Of a stretch of DNA of 62,715 nt, positions 36,815-45,250 are shown piece by piece. Positions within the stretch are counted from its first letter, which is position 1. Every line of letters begins with the position of its first letter. Position numbers and translations under genes: made by a program. The stretch covers positions 1 to 62,715 of the forward strand of contig VFKP01000012.1 of NCBI GenBank assembly GCA_009885495.1, in the 5' to 3' direction. The stretch comes from Gammaproteobacteria bacterium (GTDB taxonomy: Bacteria > Pseudomonadota > Gammaproteobacteria > UBA1113). The notes beneath the pieces were generated by a model, which made no database searches, was not told the DNA's origin, and worked only from the letters and a program-made list of their open reading frames with translations.

Positions 36815-38575
36815 ATGCCCAATCGTAGAATTAAACCTGCCACGCTTTCTTTCTTAGAGGCCCTAGCTATGTTAATCTATGGGTTAATAAGCCATAAGAA
36901 AACTCTAGCTCAATACGCTTACACACAACTCTACCACTACAGAGGATCTTTTTCAAAGCCTTCTCCTCGATATCATAAGCGCCGCCATAGCCATCTGGGT
37001 GAGATCATTGAATTAAGCTCTGCAGAAGCTTTATTACTGCTTTTAAGTTTAATGCATTATGCTTATTTATTTTGTCAAAAACAAAGCGTCTGCCCAGCTA
37101 TGCCTGCGACCTTGAACGCAACTGCTGGAATTTCAAAACTCTTTCGTTTAAAACTCTCTGAAGCCAATATCCCCTCAGAATTTATGCATACTGGGTCTGA
37201 AGTTTTCCAAACCATCCGAGAGATACTGGGTAAAACAGGCCTGTTCAATACAAAGGGCAAAAAACATTTAATCCTTATCTATCGGCTACTGTCCCATGAA
37301 GCGCGTGTACATGTTTTACTGCCCGGAAAATTAAAAAAAATACAGACATCTTTAAAGCATAAATTTATTGCCGAAACGCGAAAATTACTTTACATTCAAA
37401 ATAAACTCCCCACAATTTTATTAAACATCAATGTGGAATCTACTGTTAAATTCATAAACTTATTATCCATATTGTGCCTGAATAATCTATCTAGCTTTGA
37501 AAAAAAACCTAAAAAAATCCGAAGACTCCATTTCATTTTACTCTTCCAAAATAATATTGCCCCTATTCTGCTTTTATTGGAAATTCATGGCAATGGGCTT
37601 CAACCCGAATCTGAAAAAAATGATTTAGCCTATCCTTCTATCTTTTGGGAATGGCTAAAGCCGTCCTTGCAACAACTTCAGGTATTTATCAAACAACCTT
37701 GGCACTACCGAAAAAAATATCCGAAAACTGATGAAGGCGATAAAGCACTTAGATCTCTTTGTGAAGATTTGTATTTTCTCTTGGGATATTCTGAAAAAAA
37801 GTTCTCTTTACTATGGTTGGACGAGCATTTTGACTTGATCGATAATTACATCACAGAAGAGAAAAAAAGCGATTACGATCTAAAATCTGAACTTGAGGGA
37901 TATTCACAAAGAAACGGTCTGCCCGATCAATTGCGAGAATCTTTTTTAACCTCCGACTACGAAGAACAATTTTTTCTAGTGGATGATTTACTTGACCCGG
38001 ATTTTAGACAGCGATTATCAGAATGGGCCTCAAGACCCATCGACCGCGGCCTTTCAAACGCTGTAACTGCATTCATACGAAGGCGCGCCAAAGAAACCTT
38101 TGACGCCTGCCGTGCAGAATTACAGTATTTTTTACCTGCCTCAGCAAAAAAAAATGATCTTACAGAACTGTTATTTTACCAGGCTTTTTACAGACAAATA
38201 GCGGATACCTTGAGCACAGCATGGCCCATATTCACCCCTATTCCCACAGCATCGATCCCCAGATTGAACTTATCAGGCGTTAAAACTTCTCGATCAGATC
38301 CCAAGGCAGGGCCAGTACCCTCGCTTAAACGCTCAAATCAAGCATCCCAGGCAGAAAATGAACTCAGTGATTTACTCTCTGTGTGTTCAGGCCGCTGCCT
38401 AAGCCATCACGGCGGCTACCTTTCTTCTTTTCATCACAGCCTAACGAGAAGCCATTCAGCACCTTGCCTGGCTGAAAATCGACATGTTTTTCTGGCAAAC
38501 TTCCCCTCAAAGGCTGCACAAGCCAAACGGAGAATGGTTCAAGATCCCTCAAAAGCTTGTTCGCATCGTGGATAA
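36815..38575 (+). CDS. hypothetical 586-aa protein, orphan, candidate effector
   Basis: Long uninterrupted ORF with AAGGAG 8 nt upstream. I recognise no motif. It is Lys/Leu-rich, and its C-terminal stretch of about 100 aa is Ser-rich and polar (NQASQAENELSDLLSV...). It ends 19 nt from tRNA-Leu. Confidence 0.6.
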   Translation: MPNRRIKPATLSFLEALAMLIYGLISHKKTLAQYAYTQLYHYRGSFSKPSPRYHKRRHSHLGEIIELSSAEALLLLLSLMHYAYLFCQKQSVCPAMPATLNATAGISKLFRLKLSEANIPSEFMHTGSEVFQTIREILGKTGLFNTKGKKHLILIYRLLSHEARVHVLLPGKLKKIQTSLKHKFIAETRKLLYIQNKLPTILLNINVESTVKFINLLSILCLNNLSSFEKKPKKIRRLHFILLFQNNIAPILLLLEIHGNGLQPESEKNDLAYPSIFWEWLKPSLQQLQVFIKQPWHYRKKYPKTDEGDKALRSLCEDLYFLLGYSEKKFSLLWLDEHFDLIDNYITEEKKSDYDLKSELEGYSQRNGLPDQLRESFLTSDYEEQFFLVDDLLDPDFRQRLSEWASRPIDRGLSNAVTAFIRRRAKETFDACRAELQYFLPASAKKNDLTELLFYQAFYRQIADTLSTAWPIFTPIPTASIPRLNLSGVKTSRSDPKAGPVPSLKRSNQASQAENELSDLLSVCSGRCLSHHGGYLSSFHHSLTRSHSAPCLAENRHVFLANFPSKAAQAKRRMVQDPSKACSHRG

Positions 38576-38594
38576 TAAAGATAAGAAGATTAAA

Positions 38595-38682
38595 TGGTGC
38601 CCGGAGCCGGAGTCGAACCGGCACGGGAAATTTTCCCGAGGGATTTTAAGTCCCTTGCGTCTACCTATTCCGCCACCCGGGC
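38595..38682 (-). tRNA. leuZ: tRNA-Leu(TAA)
   Basis: The minus strand reads GCCCGGGTGGCGGAATAGGTAGACGCAAGGGACTTAAAATCCCTCGGGAAAATTTCCCGTGCCGGTTCGACTCCGGCTCCGGGCACCA. It has a 7-bp acceptor stem, anticodon loop CT-TAA-AA, a long variable arm, a TTCGA T-loop and an encoded CCA. Confidence 0.9.
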
Positions 38683-38729
38683 TTGATTAAATCAAAAAAT
38701 AGACACCATTTCATCATGAGATGCACATT

Positions 38730-38803
38730 TGGAGGCTAGGGCCGGAATCGAACCGACGTACACGGCTTTGCAGGCCGCTGCATAACCACTCTGCCACCCA
38801 GCC
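38730..38803 (-). tRNA. cysT: tRNA-Cys(GCA)
   Basis: The minus strand reads GGCTGGGTGGCAGAGTGGTTATGCAGCGGCCTGCAAAGCCGTGTACGTCGGTTCGATTCCGGCCCTAGCCTCCA. Anticodon loop CT-GCA-AA, with an encoded CCA. Confidence 0.9.
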
Positions 38804-38935
38804 AAGAGATCATCTTTGAAGGATCGCAAAAATTAGGCCAGCAAAACTAAAATAAAAACCCACAGTACTGACTGCAAATCTCAAGATTTAGGATTGAGTC
38901 TAGGCACTTCTGCATCCAGAAACATTCAAAAACTT

Positions 38936-39011
38936 TGGAGCGGGAAACGAGATTCGAACTCGCGACCCCAACCTTGGCAAGGTTGTGCTCTACCAGCTGA
39001 GCTATTCCCGC
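38936..39011 (-). tRNA. glyW: tRNA-Gly(GCC)
   Basis: The minus strand reads GCGGGAATAGCTCAGCTGGTAGAGCACAACCTTGCCAAGGTTGGGGTCGCGAGTTCGAATCTCGTTTCCCGCTCCA. Anticodon loop TT-GCC-AA, with an encoded CCA. Confidence 0.95.
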
Positions 39012-39025
39012 GTCGCGTGTTGCGT

Positions 39026-39053
39026 ATTCTATCGCACACACTTTAAATGTCAA
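39026..39053 (-). promoter_or_regulatory. near-consensus sigma70 promoter of the Gly-Cys-Leu tRNA operon
   Basis: The minus strand reads TTGACA (39053..39048), a 16-nt spacer, then TAGAAT (39031..39026). The -10 ends 14 nt before the tRNA-Gly 5' end. An A/T-rich UP-like tract lies upstream. Confidence 0.55.
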
Positions 39054-39132
39054 GATCTTTTCGAAAAATACTGCGATCATCATGCCTCTAACAGACTAAT
39101 ACCTGCAAAATCTGATTATTTATGATGCAAAA

Positions 39133-39900
39133 TCATTTTTCTTGCATACGAATAGCACCATCCAAACGAATGACCTCGCCATTGAGCATCTCATTTTCAA
39201 TGATCTGCCCTACCAATTGCGCAAACTCGCTGGGTCTAGCCAAACGTTTAGGAAAAGGCACTTGTCGGGCTAAACTGTCTTGTACTTCTTGGGGCATCCC
39301 CGCCATCATGGGCGTTTGCACCAAGCCTGGGGCGATGGTCATCACCCGTATGCCAAATCGAGCCAATTCTCTGGCAATGGGCAGGGTCATGGCGACAATA
39401 GCGCCTTTGGAAGCGCTATAAGCGGCTTGCCCAATCTGGCCCTCGTAGGCAGCGACAGAAGCCGTATTAATGATCACGCCCCGCTCACCACTGCTGTTAA
39501 AAGGCTCAGGGCGACTACTCATCGCTGCCGCAGCCAATCGCAGAATATTAAATGAACCGATCAAATTGATATCGATCACCCGTGAAAAAGCCTCTAAAGG
39601 CATAGGACCTTCTTTGCCTACCACTCGCTGTGCTGGACAAATACCGGCGCAATTGACTAAAACACTGGGACGCCCTAATTTAGCTTCAAGCTCTTCAAAA
39701 GCAGCTAGAGCCGAGTCTTCACGCGTCACATCACAGACAATAGGCAATACATCCAACTGTGCGGCCAAAGTTTTCAATCCTGCCTCATTGAGATCTAAAA
39801 TGGCTACTTTCGCTCCTTTTTCAAGCAAAAACCGCGCTGTTGCCGCACCCATGCCCGAAGCGCCACCGGTGACCACAGCAATGGTTTCATTGATTTGCAT
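39133..39900 (-). CDS. SDR family oxidoreductase (3-hydroxyacyl-CoA dehydrogenase type-2-like)
   Basis: Motifs VTGGASGMG, NCAG and YSASKGAI. Start trimmed to the ATG at 39900, with AGGAG 7 nt upstream. Confidence 0.8.
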   Translation of the reverse strand: MQINETIAVVTGGASGMGAATARFLLEKGAKVAILDLNEAGLKTLAAQLDVLPIVCDVTREDSALAAFEELEAKLGRPSVLVNCAGICPAQRVVGKEGPMPLEAFSRVIDINLIGSFNILRLAAAAMSSRPEPFNSSGERGVIINTASVAAYEGQIGQAAYSASKGAIVAMTLPIARELARFGIRVMTIAPGLVQTPMMAGMPQEVQDSLARQVPFPKRLARPSEFAQLVGQIIENEMLNGEVIRLDGAIRMQEK

Positions 39901-39994
39901 ATAGAATCTCCTATTTGTCATAATGGATCCCTATGCTAGCCTAGAAACAAATTCAGGGCAAGGTATCTTTTGTGTTTTCAGGATCTTCCTTATC

Positions 39995-40543
39995 ATGGTT
40001 AAAAAGCCCGTGCTCTCAGCAGAAGAAAAAGCTTTATTTAAAAAAGCCATGGCCGATATCACGCCAAATCCCAAAACAAAAATAAAAAGCGATCTCAAAG
40101 AACCCGAAAATCAAGAAAGTTTTAGCTATCGTCGTTATCAAGCCAGTAAAACGACCTCCCAAAATTATGTTTCAGCTTCCTTAGATCCTGACGATCGACT
40201 CTATTTTCAAGGTCCCAATGTTGATGATAAAAGTATGCAAAAATTATCGCAAGGTTTATTTGCCTCACCCCCTATTTTAGATCTACATGGTCTTTCTGAA
40301 ACGTTGGCTCTAAACCGTGTTTCAGATTTTATATACGCCGCACACAAACAGGGGATCAAAGTCGTGTTGATTATTCACGGCAAAGGCAAACGAGAACTTT
40401 TAAATGCACCGATCCTCAAAAATGCTTTAAATAATGCCTTGCCCAATTTAAGTCCCGTTCGTGCTTTTTGTTCCGCGCGAAAAAGCGATGGCGGCACAGG
40501 GGCGGTGTATGTTTTGTTGCACAGCAGCCATTACACACCCTAA
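39995..40543 (+). CDS. Smr domain-containing protein
   Basis: The C-terminal Smr domain shows LDLHGLSETLALNRVSDFIYAAHKQGIKVVLIIHGKG. Start trimmed to the ATG at 39995 (MVKKPVLS). Confidence 0.8.
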   Translation: MVKKPVLSAEEKALFKKAMADITPNPKTKIKSDLKEPENQESFSYRRYQASKTTSQNYVSASLDPDDRLYFQGPNVDDKSMQKLSQGLFASPPILDLHGLSETLALNRVSDFIYAAHKQGIKVVLIIHGKGKRELLNAPILKNALNNALPNLSPVRAFCSARKSDGGTGAVYVLLHSSHYTP

Positions 40544-40765
40544 TCAGAAGATTGATATTATGCTATCTGACGAATTTAAAGACTATTATGAGCTGGTATG
40601 CGTATAAATAGCATGAAAATGAACGAAAGATTTCGCCGCTTATGTCAGACAAGAACAACAAGCCGCATTCGAAAGAGTAAGAAACATGCAAATAGAGGTT
40701 CGGCCGGAACTCATTTTGGCGTTACCGGGTAACCTTTTAAACTCTCTTTGGATAGGCTGTAACGA

Positions 40766-40800
40766 CTCCCTCCCTGAGGGAGGGTACGACAAAGCACAGA
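40766..40800. repeat. copy b of the short dispersed palindromic repeat family
   Basis: ctccctccctgagggagggtacgacaaagcacaga, with a perfect 7-bp stem ccctccc/gggaggg. Its 3' half closely matches 48221..48250. Confidence 0.55.
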
Positions 40801-40816
40801 TTTGGATGCAGGTTAT

Positions 40817-40886
40817 ACGTAAAATTCAACGAAAAAAGCGGAGTTAACAGGGGCGTTGATGAGCATTTTTTTGATGAATTTTACGT
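40817..40886. repeat. 21-nt imperfect inverted repeat (19/21) with 28-nt loop
   Basis: acgtaaaattcaacgaaaaaa (40817..40837) against tttttttgatgaattttacgt (40866..40886). Confidence 0.6.
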
Positions 40887-40990
40887 GTAAGATGCGCCAA
40901 ATATGCGCTTTTCTGGAAAAGAGGCACAAGTAGTTACGATAGGCTTATCATTTTATTCAATCCTAGATTTTGATTTTGTTCTTCAGAAAA

Positions 40991-42199
40991 TTAAATTCTC
41001 ACTTTAAGTTTAAAGGCTTTTGGACTTAAAACACCTAATACCAGTAACATGAGAACTCCGGAAGCACACATTAAAGTCACTGTTGATAATATAAAATTTC
41101 CATTGAACAAATGCCCCACTGCAAAAGAAAAAATAGCGCCGAAGATCATCTCAATAAAATAAAATAGACTGGAGACAGTTCCTATTGATGTTTTAAAATC
41201 AGAAATCGCTCCAGCTTGACAATTCGGCATCACCAAGCCTATCGCGCCAATGTATAAAAATATAAACGTACAAACATACAATAAGGTATAATTAAAAAGC
41301 GGCGCTAAAACAAGAAAAATGCCCGCGCAAAAAGATAATACAACCGCGGCGCGAACAAATTGATATACGCTGGTTTTATGGGAATATTTTCGTGCAATTA
41401 AAGCCCCCAGGATATAACTTAAGATGGTGAAACCATAGGCTAAACCATAATTACGAGGAGAAAAATGGTAGGTCTTTATGAAAATGAACGGGGAAGCGCT
41501 AACGAAGGCGAAAAAGGCGCCCCAAGCCAGACTGATGATCAGGGTGTAACCGATAAAATTTTTGTTTTTTAGCGCTAACCCATAACTTGCAATAATCGTT
41601 TTTAATTTTAAGTTCCCTCTATCTTTTGGATGCAGAGTTTCTGGAATAAAACGACATGAAAGAATAAGCAAACTTAAACTAAAAATAGAAACGAGAACAA
41701 AAGATCCTCTCCAGCCAAAATGGGTCTGTATCACTCCGCCCAAAACAGGTGCTGTCACCAATGCCATAGACAAACCCGCTGATAACGATGATAACATTTT
41801 GACAGAAGTATTTTGATCGTAAGAATCTCTGACAATCACTCTGGCCAATACTGTTCCACAACAGCCCCCTAAGGCTTGTAAAAACCTGGCACAAATTAAA
41901 AATAAAATCGAAGGTGAAAAGAGACAAGCAATACTGGCTAAACAATGTAGCGACAGCCCAATACTCAATACTTTTTTACGGCCCCATCTGTCGGACAGAG
42001 ATCCGGATAACAATACCGAACAGGCAAACCCCAGCATATAGACTGTGAGTGTCGCTTGTGCGGTTTGTGGACTGATGGAAAAACACCTTGCCATTTCAGG
42101 TAAAGAAGGCAAATATACATCGCTTGAAAATGTGGCGGTAGAGACCAAGAGCACCAAAACCAGGCCAGTGAGAAACGTAGGTTCATTTGTGTTTTTCAT
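40991..42199 (-). CDS. MFS transporter (Bcr/CflA drug-resistance subfamily-like)
   Basis: About 12 TM helices with MFS loop motif GSLSDRWGRKKVL. Start trimmed to the ATG at 42199, 7 nt after the upstream stop. Confidence 0.75.
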   Translation of the reverse strand: MKNTNEPTFLTGLVLVLLVSTATFSSDVYLPSLPEMARCFSISPQTAQATLTVYMLGFACSVLLSGSLSDRWGRKKVLSIGLSLHCLASIACLFSPSILFLICARFLQALGGCCGTVLARVIVRDSYDQNTSVKMLSSLSAGLSMALVTAPVLGGVIQTHFGWRGSFVLVSIFSLSLLILSCRFIPETLHPKDRGNLKLKTIIASYGLALKNKNFIGYTLIISLAWGAFFAFVSASPFIFIKTYHFSPRNYGLAYGFTILSYILGALIARKYSHKTSVYQFVRAAVVLSFCAGIFLVLAPLFNYTLLYVCTFIFLYIGAIGLVMPNCQAGAISDFKTSIGTVSSLFYFIEMIFGAIFSFAVGHLFNGNFILSTVTLMCASGVLMLLVLGVLSPKAFKLKVRI

Positions 42200-42206
42200 T
42201 TTCTTC

Positions 42207-43724
42207 TTACTTCTCAACATAGAGATTGGCATACTGCTCACGTAAAATGTTCTTTTGGACTTTGCCCATTACATTTTTTGAAAGCGTATCTGTAAAAATA
42301 ATTTTTTTAGGAACTTTATACGAAGCCAGTGACTTTTTAAGCTCTTTGATTACAAAATCTTGGTATTCATTCGTTTGTTCTTGAGCAATCACCACTGCGG
42401 TGACCGCTTCACCAAAATCAGGATGGGGTAATCCAATGACTGCAGAACCTTGAATACCTTCTAATTGATCTAAAGCAATTTCTATTTCTTTAGGATAAAT
42501 ATTCAATCCTCCTGAAATAATTAGATCTTTTGCTCGGCCGACAATATACAAATAATCATTGTGATCTATAAACCCCAAATCTCCTGTTTTAAAATATTCA
42601 TCCGCAGTAAAAAAACTTGCATGCTCGTGTTCTTTTTTCCAATAATTTTTAAAAACCGCATCGCTCTTAACTTGGATCTCACCGATTTCATTATTTTTAA
42701 GGGGCTCTCCCTCTTCATTCATAATACGCAATTGAGTCCCGGATAAGGCTTTTCCCACTGATCCTGGAATTCGAGTTGCCTGTAGAGGATTTGAAGTGTT
42801 GATCCCTGTCTCAGTCATTCCATAACGCTCCAGGATCCGATGTCCTATCTTTTCTTCAAATTGAGTGAAAGTCTGTTCCGACAAAGGTGCTGAGCCTGAG
42901 ACAAAAAGACGAATAGTCTGCGTTCGATCACGGTTGAAATCAGCATTTTCAAGCAACCGCGTGTAATAGGTGGGAACCCCCATGAATACTGTGCTTTGAT
43001 CTAATTTTTTAATAATTGAGTCTACTTCAAATTTTGGGAGAAAGATCATTGCCGCACCGCTTAATAAAACAGTATGACTCGCGAAGAAAAGTCCATGACA
43101 ATGGAAAATAGGCAATGCGTGCAACAAAACATCGCTGTGTTTGAAATCCCATAAATGCTTTAATTCAAGCGCATTAGAAAATAAATTTTGATGTGATAAG
43201 ATTGCGCCTTTAGGCCTTCCCGTCGTGCCTGATGTGTATAAAATACAAGCGGCACTGTCGTTGGATTGAAACTGAATCTCAAAAGATCGTTCTAAGTCTT
43301 TTGCTTTTTCTTGTAAACTTCCCTGACCTTCTTCTCCTAACGTTTCTACAATAACAAAATATTTTTTCCCCAGGATTAATTCTTCGATGGTTTCTCTCTG
43401 TTCCAAAGAACAAATGAATAAACTGGCTTTAGTATCTTCAATAAAATAACTCAATTCATCGCGTTGAAAAGCAGGATTTAAAGGAACATAAATTGTACCG
43501 AAACGTAAGCTCGCCAAATAAACACAGAATGCATCTATTGATTTTTCAGAATTCTGCAACACTCGATCGCCCGGTTTTAAACCCAGATTTTGAAAAACCT
43601 GACAAAACTGAGCCACACGTCGATCGATGTCTGCATAGGTTAAAATTTTGTTATGTTCTAAAATAAAGAGTGGTTTTTCTTTGTGCTGACTGAACTTAAA
43701 CTGAGCGTAAATATTGGCATTCAT
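42207..43724 (-). CDS. AMP-dependent acyl-CoA synthetase, MatB (malonyl-CoA synthetase)-like
   Basis: AMP-binding motif ILYTSGTTGRPKGAILSH, followed by LHALPIFHCHGLF and FLPKFE. This resembles the MatB pattern as I recall it. The track start is TTG; the ATG at 43724 lies 2 nt after the radA stop. Confidence 0.7.
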   Translation of the reverse strand: MNANIYAQFKFSQHKEKPLFILEHNKILTYADIDRRVAQFCQVFQNLGLKPGDRVLQNSEKSIDAFCVYLASLRFGTIYVPLNPAFQRDELSYFIEDTKASLFICSLEQRETIEELILGKKYFVIVETLGEEGQGSLQEKAKDLERSFEIQFQSNDSAACILYTSGTTGRPKGAILSHQNLFSNALELKHLWDFKHSDVLLHALPIFHCHGLFFASHTVLLSGAAMIFLPKFEVDSIIKKLDQSTVFMGVPTYYTRLLENADFNRDRTQTIRLFVSGSAPLSEQTFTQFEEKIGHRILERYGMTETGINTSNPLQATRIPGSVGKALSGTQLRIMNEEGEPLKNNEIGEIQVKSDAVFKNYWKKEHEHASFFTADEYFKTGDLGFIDHNDYLYIVGRAKDLIISGGLNIYPKEIEIALDQLEGIQGSAVIGLPHPDFGEAVTAVVIAQEQTNEYQDFVIKELKKSLASYKVPKKIIFTDTLSKNVMGKVQKNILREQYANLYVEK

Positions 43725-43726
43725 AT

Positions 43727-45085
43727 TCAAACCTGCTCCAAAACCTCTTTCAAATGCGACACCGGTACTATCTCTAAACCGCTAATGCTCTGTTTGGGCA
43801 GATTGGCTTTGGGCACAATCGCGCGTTTAAAGCCGAGTTTCGCGGCTTCCTTCAAACGTTCTTGCCCATATTGCACTGGGCGAATTTCACCGGATAAACC
43901 CACTTCGCCAAAAACAATCAGATCTTGGGGTAGCGGTTTTTCTTTCAAACTGGACACCACCGCTAACATAATGGCAACATCGGCGGCGGTTTCCAGTATT
44001 TTCATACCACCCACCAAATTGATAAACACATCTTGATTATGACTGGCAACCCCGCCTTGTTTGTGTAAAACGGCAAGCAGCATGCTCAAACGATTGGCAT
44101 CTAAGCCCAAAGTCACACGCCTAGGATTTGCCAAATGACTATCATCTAATAAGGCTTGCACTTCCACCAACATGGGGCGCGTGCCTTCCCAGGTGGCCAT
44201 GACCACGCTACCTGGCACTCCGGCACGAAAGCCCGATAAAAATAAGGCCGAAGCATTTTGCACGCCGCGTAATCCTTTTTCAGTCATGGCAAAAAGGCCT
44301 AATTCATTCACAGTCCCAAATCGATTTTTAGTGGCACGGATCATTCGATAACGACTATCGTGTTCACTTTCAAAATACAAGACCGTATCCACCATATGCT
44401 CTAATACTCGCGGGCCCGCCAAAGCACCTTCTTTGGTGACATGTCCTACTAAAAATAAAGAAGTCCCCGTTTCTTTGGCAAAGCGCACCAATTGCGCCGC
44501 ACTTTCTCGCACCTGACTCACACCCCCCGGAGCAGAAGGCAAGGTTTCAGTGTACATGGTTTGGATCGAATCGATGACCATGACTTTAGGCCGATGTGCC
44601 AAAGCCACGCTTAACACCTGCTCCACTTGAGTTTGTGCCAACAATTTTAAATGATCCAGCTTTAATTCCAAACGATGCGCACGCAAAGTGACTTGCTGCA
44701 AAGATTCTTCACCGGTCACATACAAGGGTGCATCTGCAGGAGAGAGTAAGGCCATGGCTTGTAAAAGCAAAGTTGATTTCCCAATCCCCGGATCGCCTCC
44801 AATTAAGACCACTGATCCCGGCACTAAACCACCGCCTAAGACCCGATCCAATTCGCCTTGATCCAAACTTAAACGCCTAACGGTGTCTAAGGCAATGTCT
44901 TTCAACAACACCACTTCGCTGTTTTGTCCGGCATAATTGCCACCCGCGCGACGCGGATTTTTGATCAGCGTTTCTTCGATAATGCTATTCCAAGTGCCAC
45001 AGTCTAAGCATTGCCCTGCCCATTGATGAAATTGCGCGCCGCAACTTTGGCAACGATGTGTGATTTTAGTTTTAGTGATACTCAT
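43727..45085 (-). CDS. radA: DNA repair protein RadA/Sms
   Basis: Zn finger CQSCGAQFHQWAGQCLDCGTWNS, Walker A GDPGIGKSTLLLQ, the KNRFG motif and a Lon-like C-terminus. Start trimmed to the ATG at 45085. Confidence 0.9.
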   Translation of the reverse strand: MSITKTKITHRCQSCGAQFHQWAGQCLDCGTWNSIIEETLIKNPRRAGGNYAGQNSEVVLLKDIALDTVRRLSLDQGELDRVLGGGLVPGSVVLIGGDPGIGKSTLLLQAMALLSPADAPLYVTGEESLQQVTLRAHRLELKLDHLKLLAQTQVEQVLSVALAHRPKVMVIDSIQTMYTETLPSAPGGVSQVRESAAQLVRFAKETGTSLFLVGHVTKEGALAGPRVLEHMVDTVLYFESEHDSRYRMIRATKNRFGTVNELGLFAMTEKGLRGVQNASALFLSGFRAGVPGSVVMATWEGTRPMLVEVQALLDDSHLANPRRVTLGLDANRLSMLLAVLHKQGGVASHNQDVFINLVGGMKILETAADVAIMLAVVSSLKEKPLPQDLIVFGEVGLSGEIRPVQYGQERLKEAAKLGFKRAIVPKANLPKQSISGLEIVPVSHLKEVLEQV

Positions 45086-45141
45086 ATTAAAATTTAAACC
45101 TTTAAGATGGGTTGCAGTATGCAGAATCAATCTTTATAGCC

Positions 45142-45168
45142 AATTGCGCAGACACTATCTGCGCAATT
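45142..45168. terminator. perfect 11-bp stem / 5-nt loop hairpin between the ADH and radA genes
   Basis: aattgcgcaga-cacta-tctgcgcaatt. There is no clear U-tract, so it could instead be an operator. Confidence 0.35.
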
Positions 45169-45250
45169 AGCCACGCTTGATAAAACTGACGCATTTGTTT
45201 TCGTAATGCTCTGTTGCAAATCGAGATAAGTTCCTAAGTTGATACTCATA

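Noticed and set aside
38847-39083. 78-aa ORF on the minus strand.
   Set aside because: It is entirely explained by tRNA-Gly(GCC) at 38936..39011, and its translation contains the tRNA sequence. It is spurious. The same applies to ORF 38484..38690, which runs across tRNA-Leu.
39470-39904. 144-aa and 91/99-aa plus-strand ORFs antisense to the SDR gene.
   Set aside because: These are antisense shadow ORFs of a well-supported SDR CDS, with Ala/Arg/Ser-rich low-complexity translations and no SD. The same reasoning applies to the antisense or alternate-frame ORFs inside murA (11543..11824, 11879..12130), comEC (30362..30754, 30869..31279, 30965..31153), gdhB, lpxL (32041..32337), ccmF and the permeases.
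40560-40607. 15-codon ORF MLSDEFKDYYELVCV, resembling the KDYYE.LGV start of a J-domain. It might be a DnaJ-like pseudogene.
   Set aside because: No HPD motif or further J-domain similarity can be followed in any frame downstream. The match is too short to distinguish from chance.
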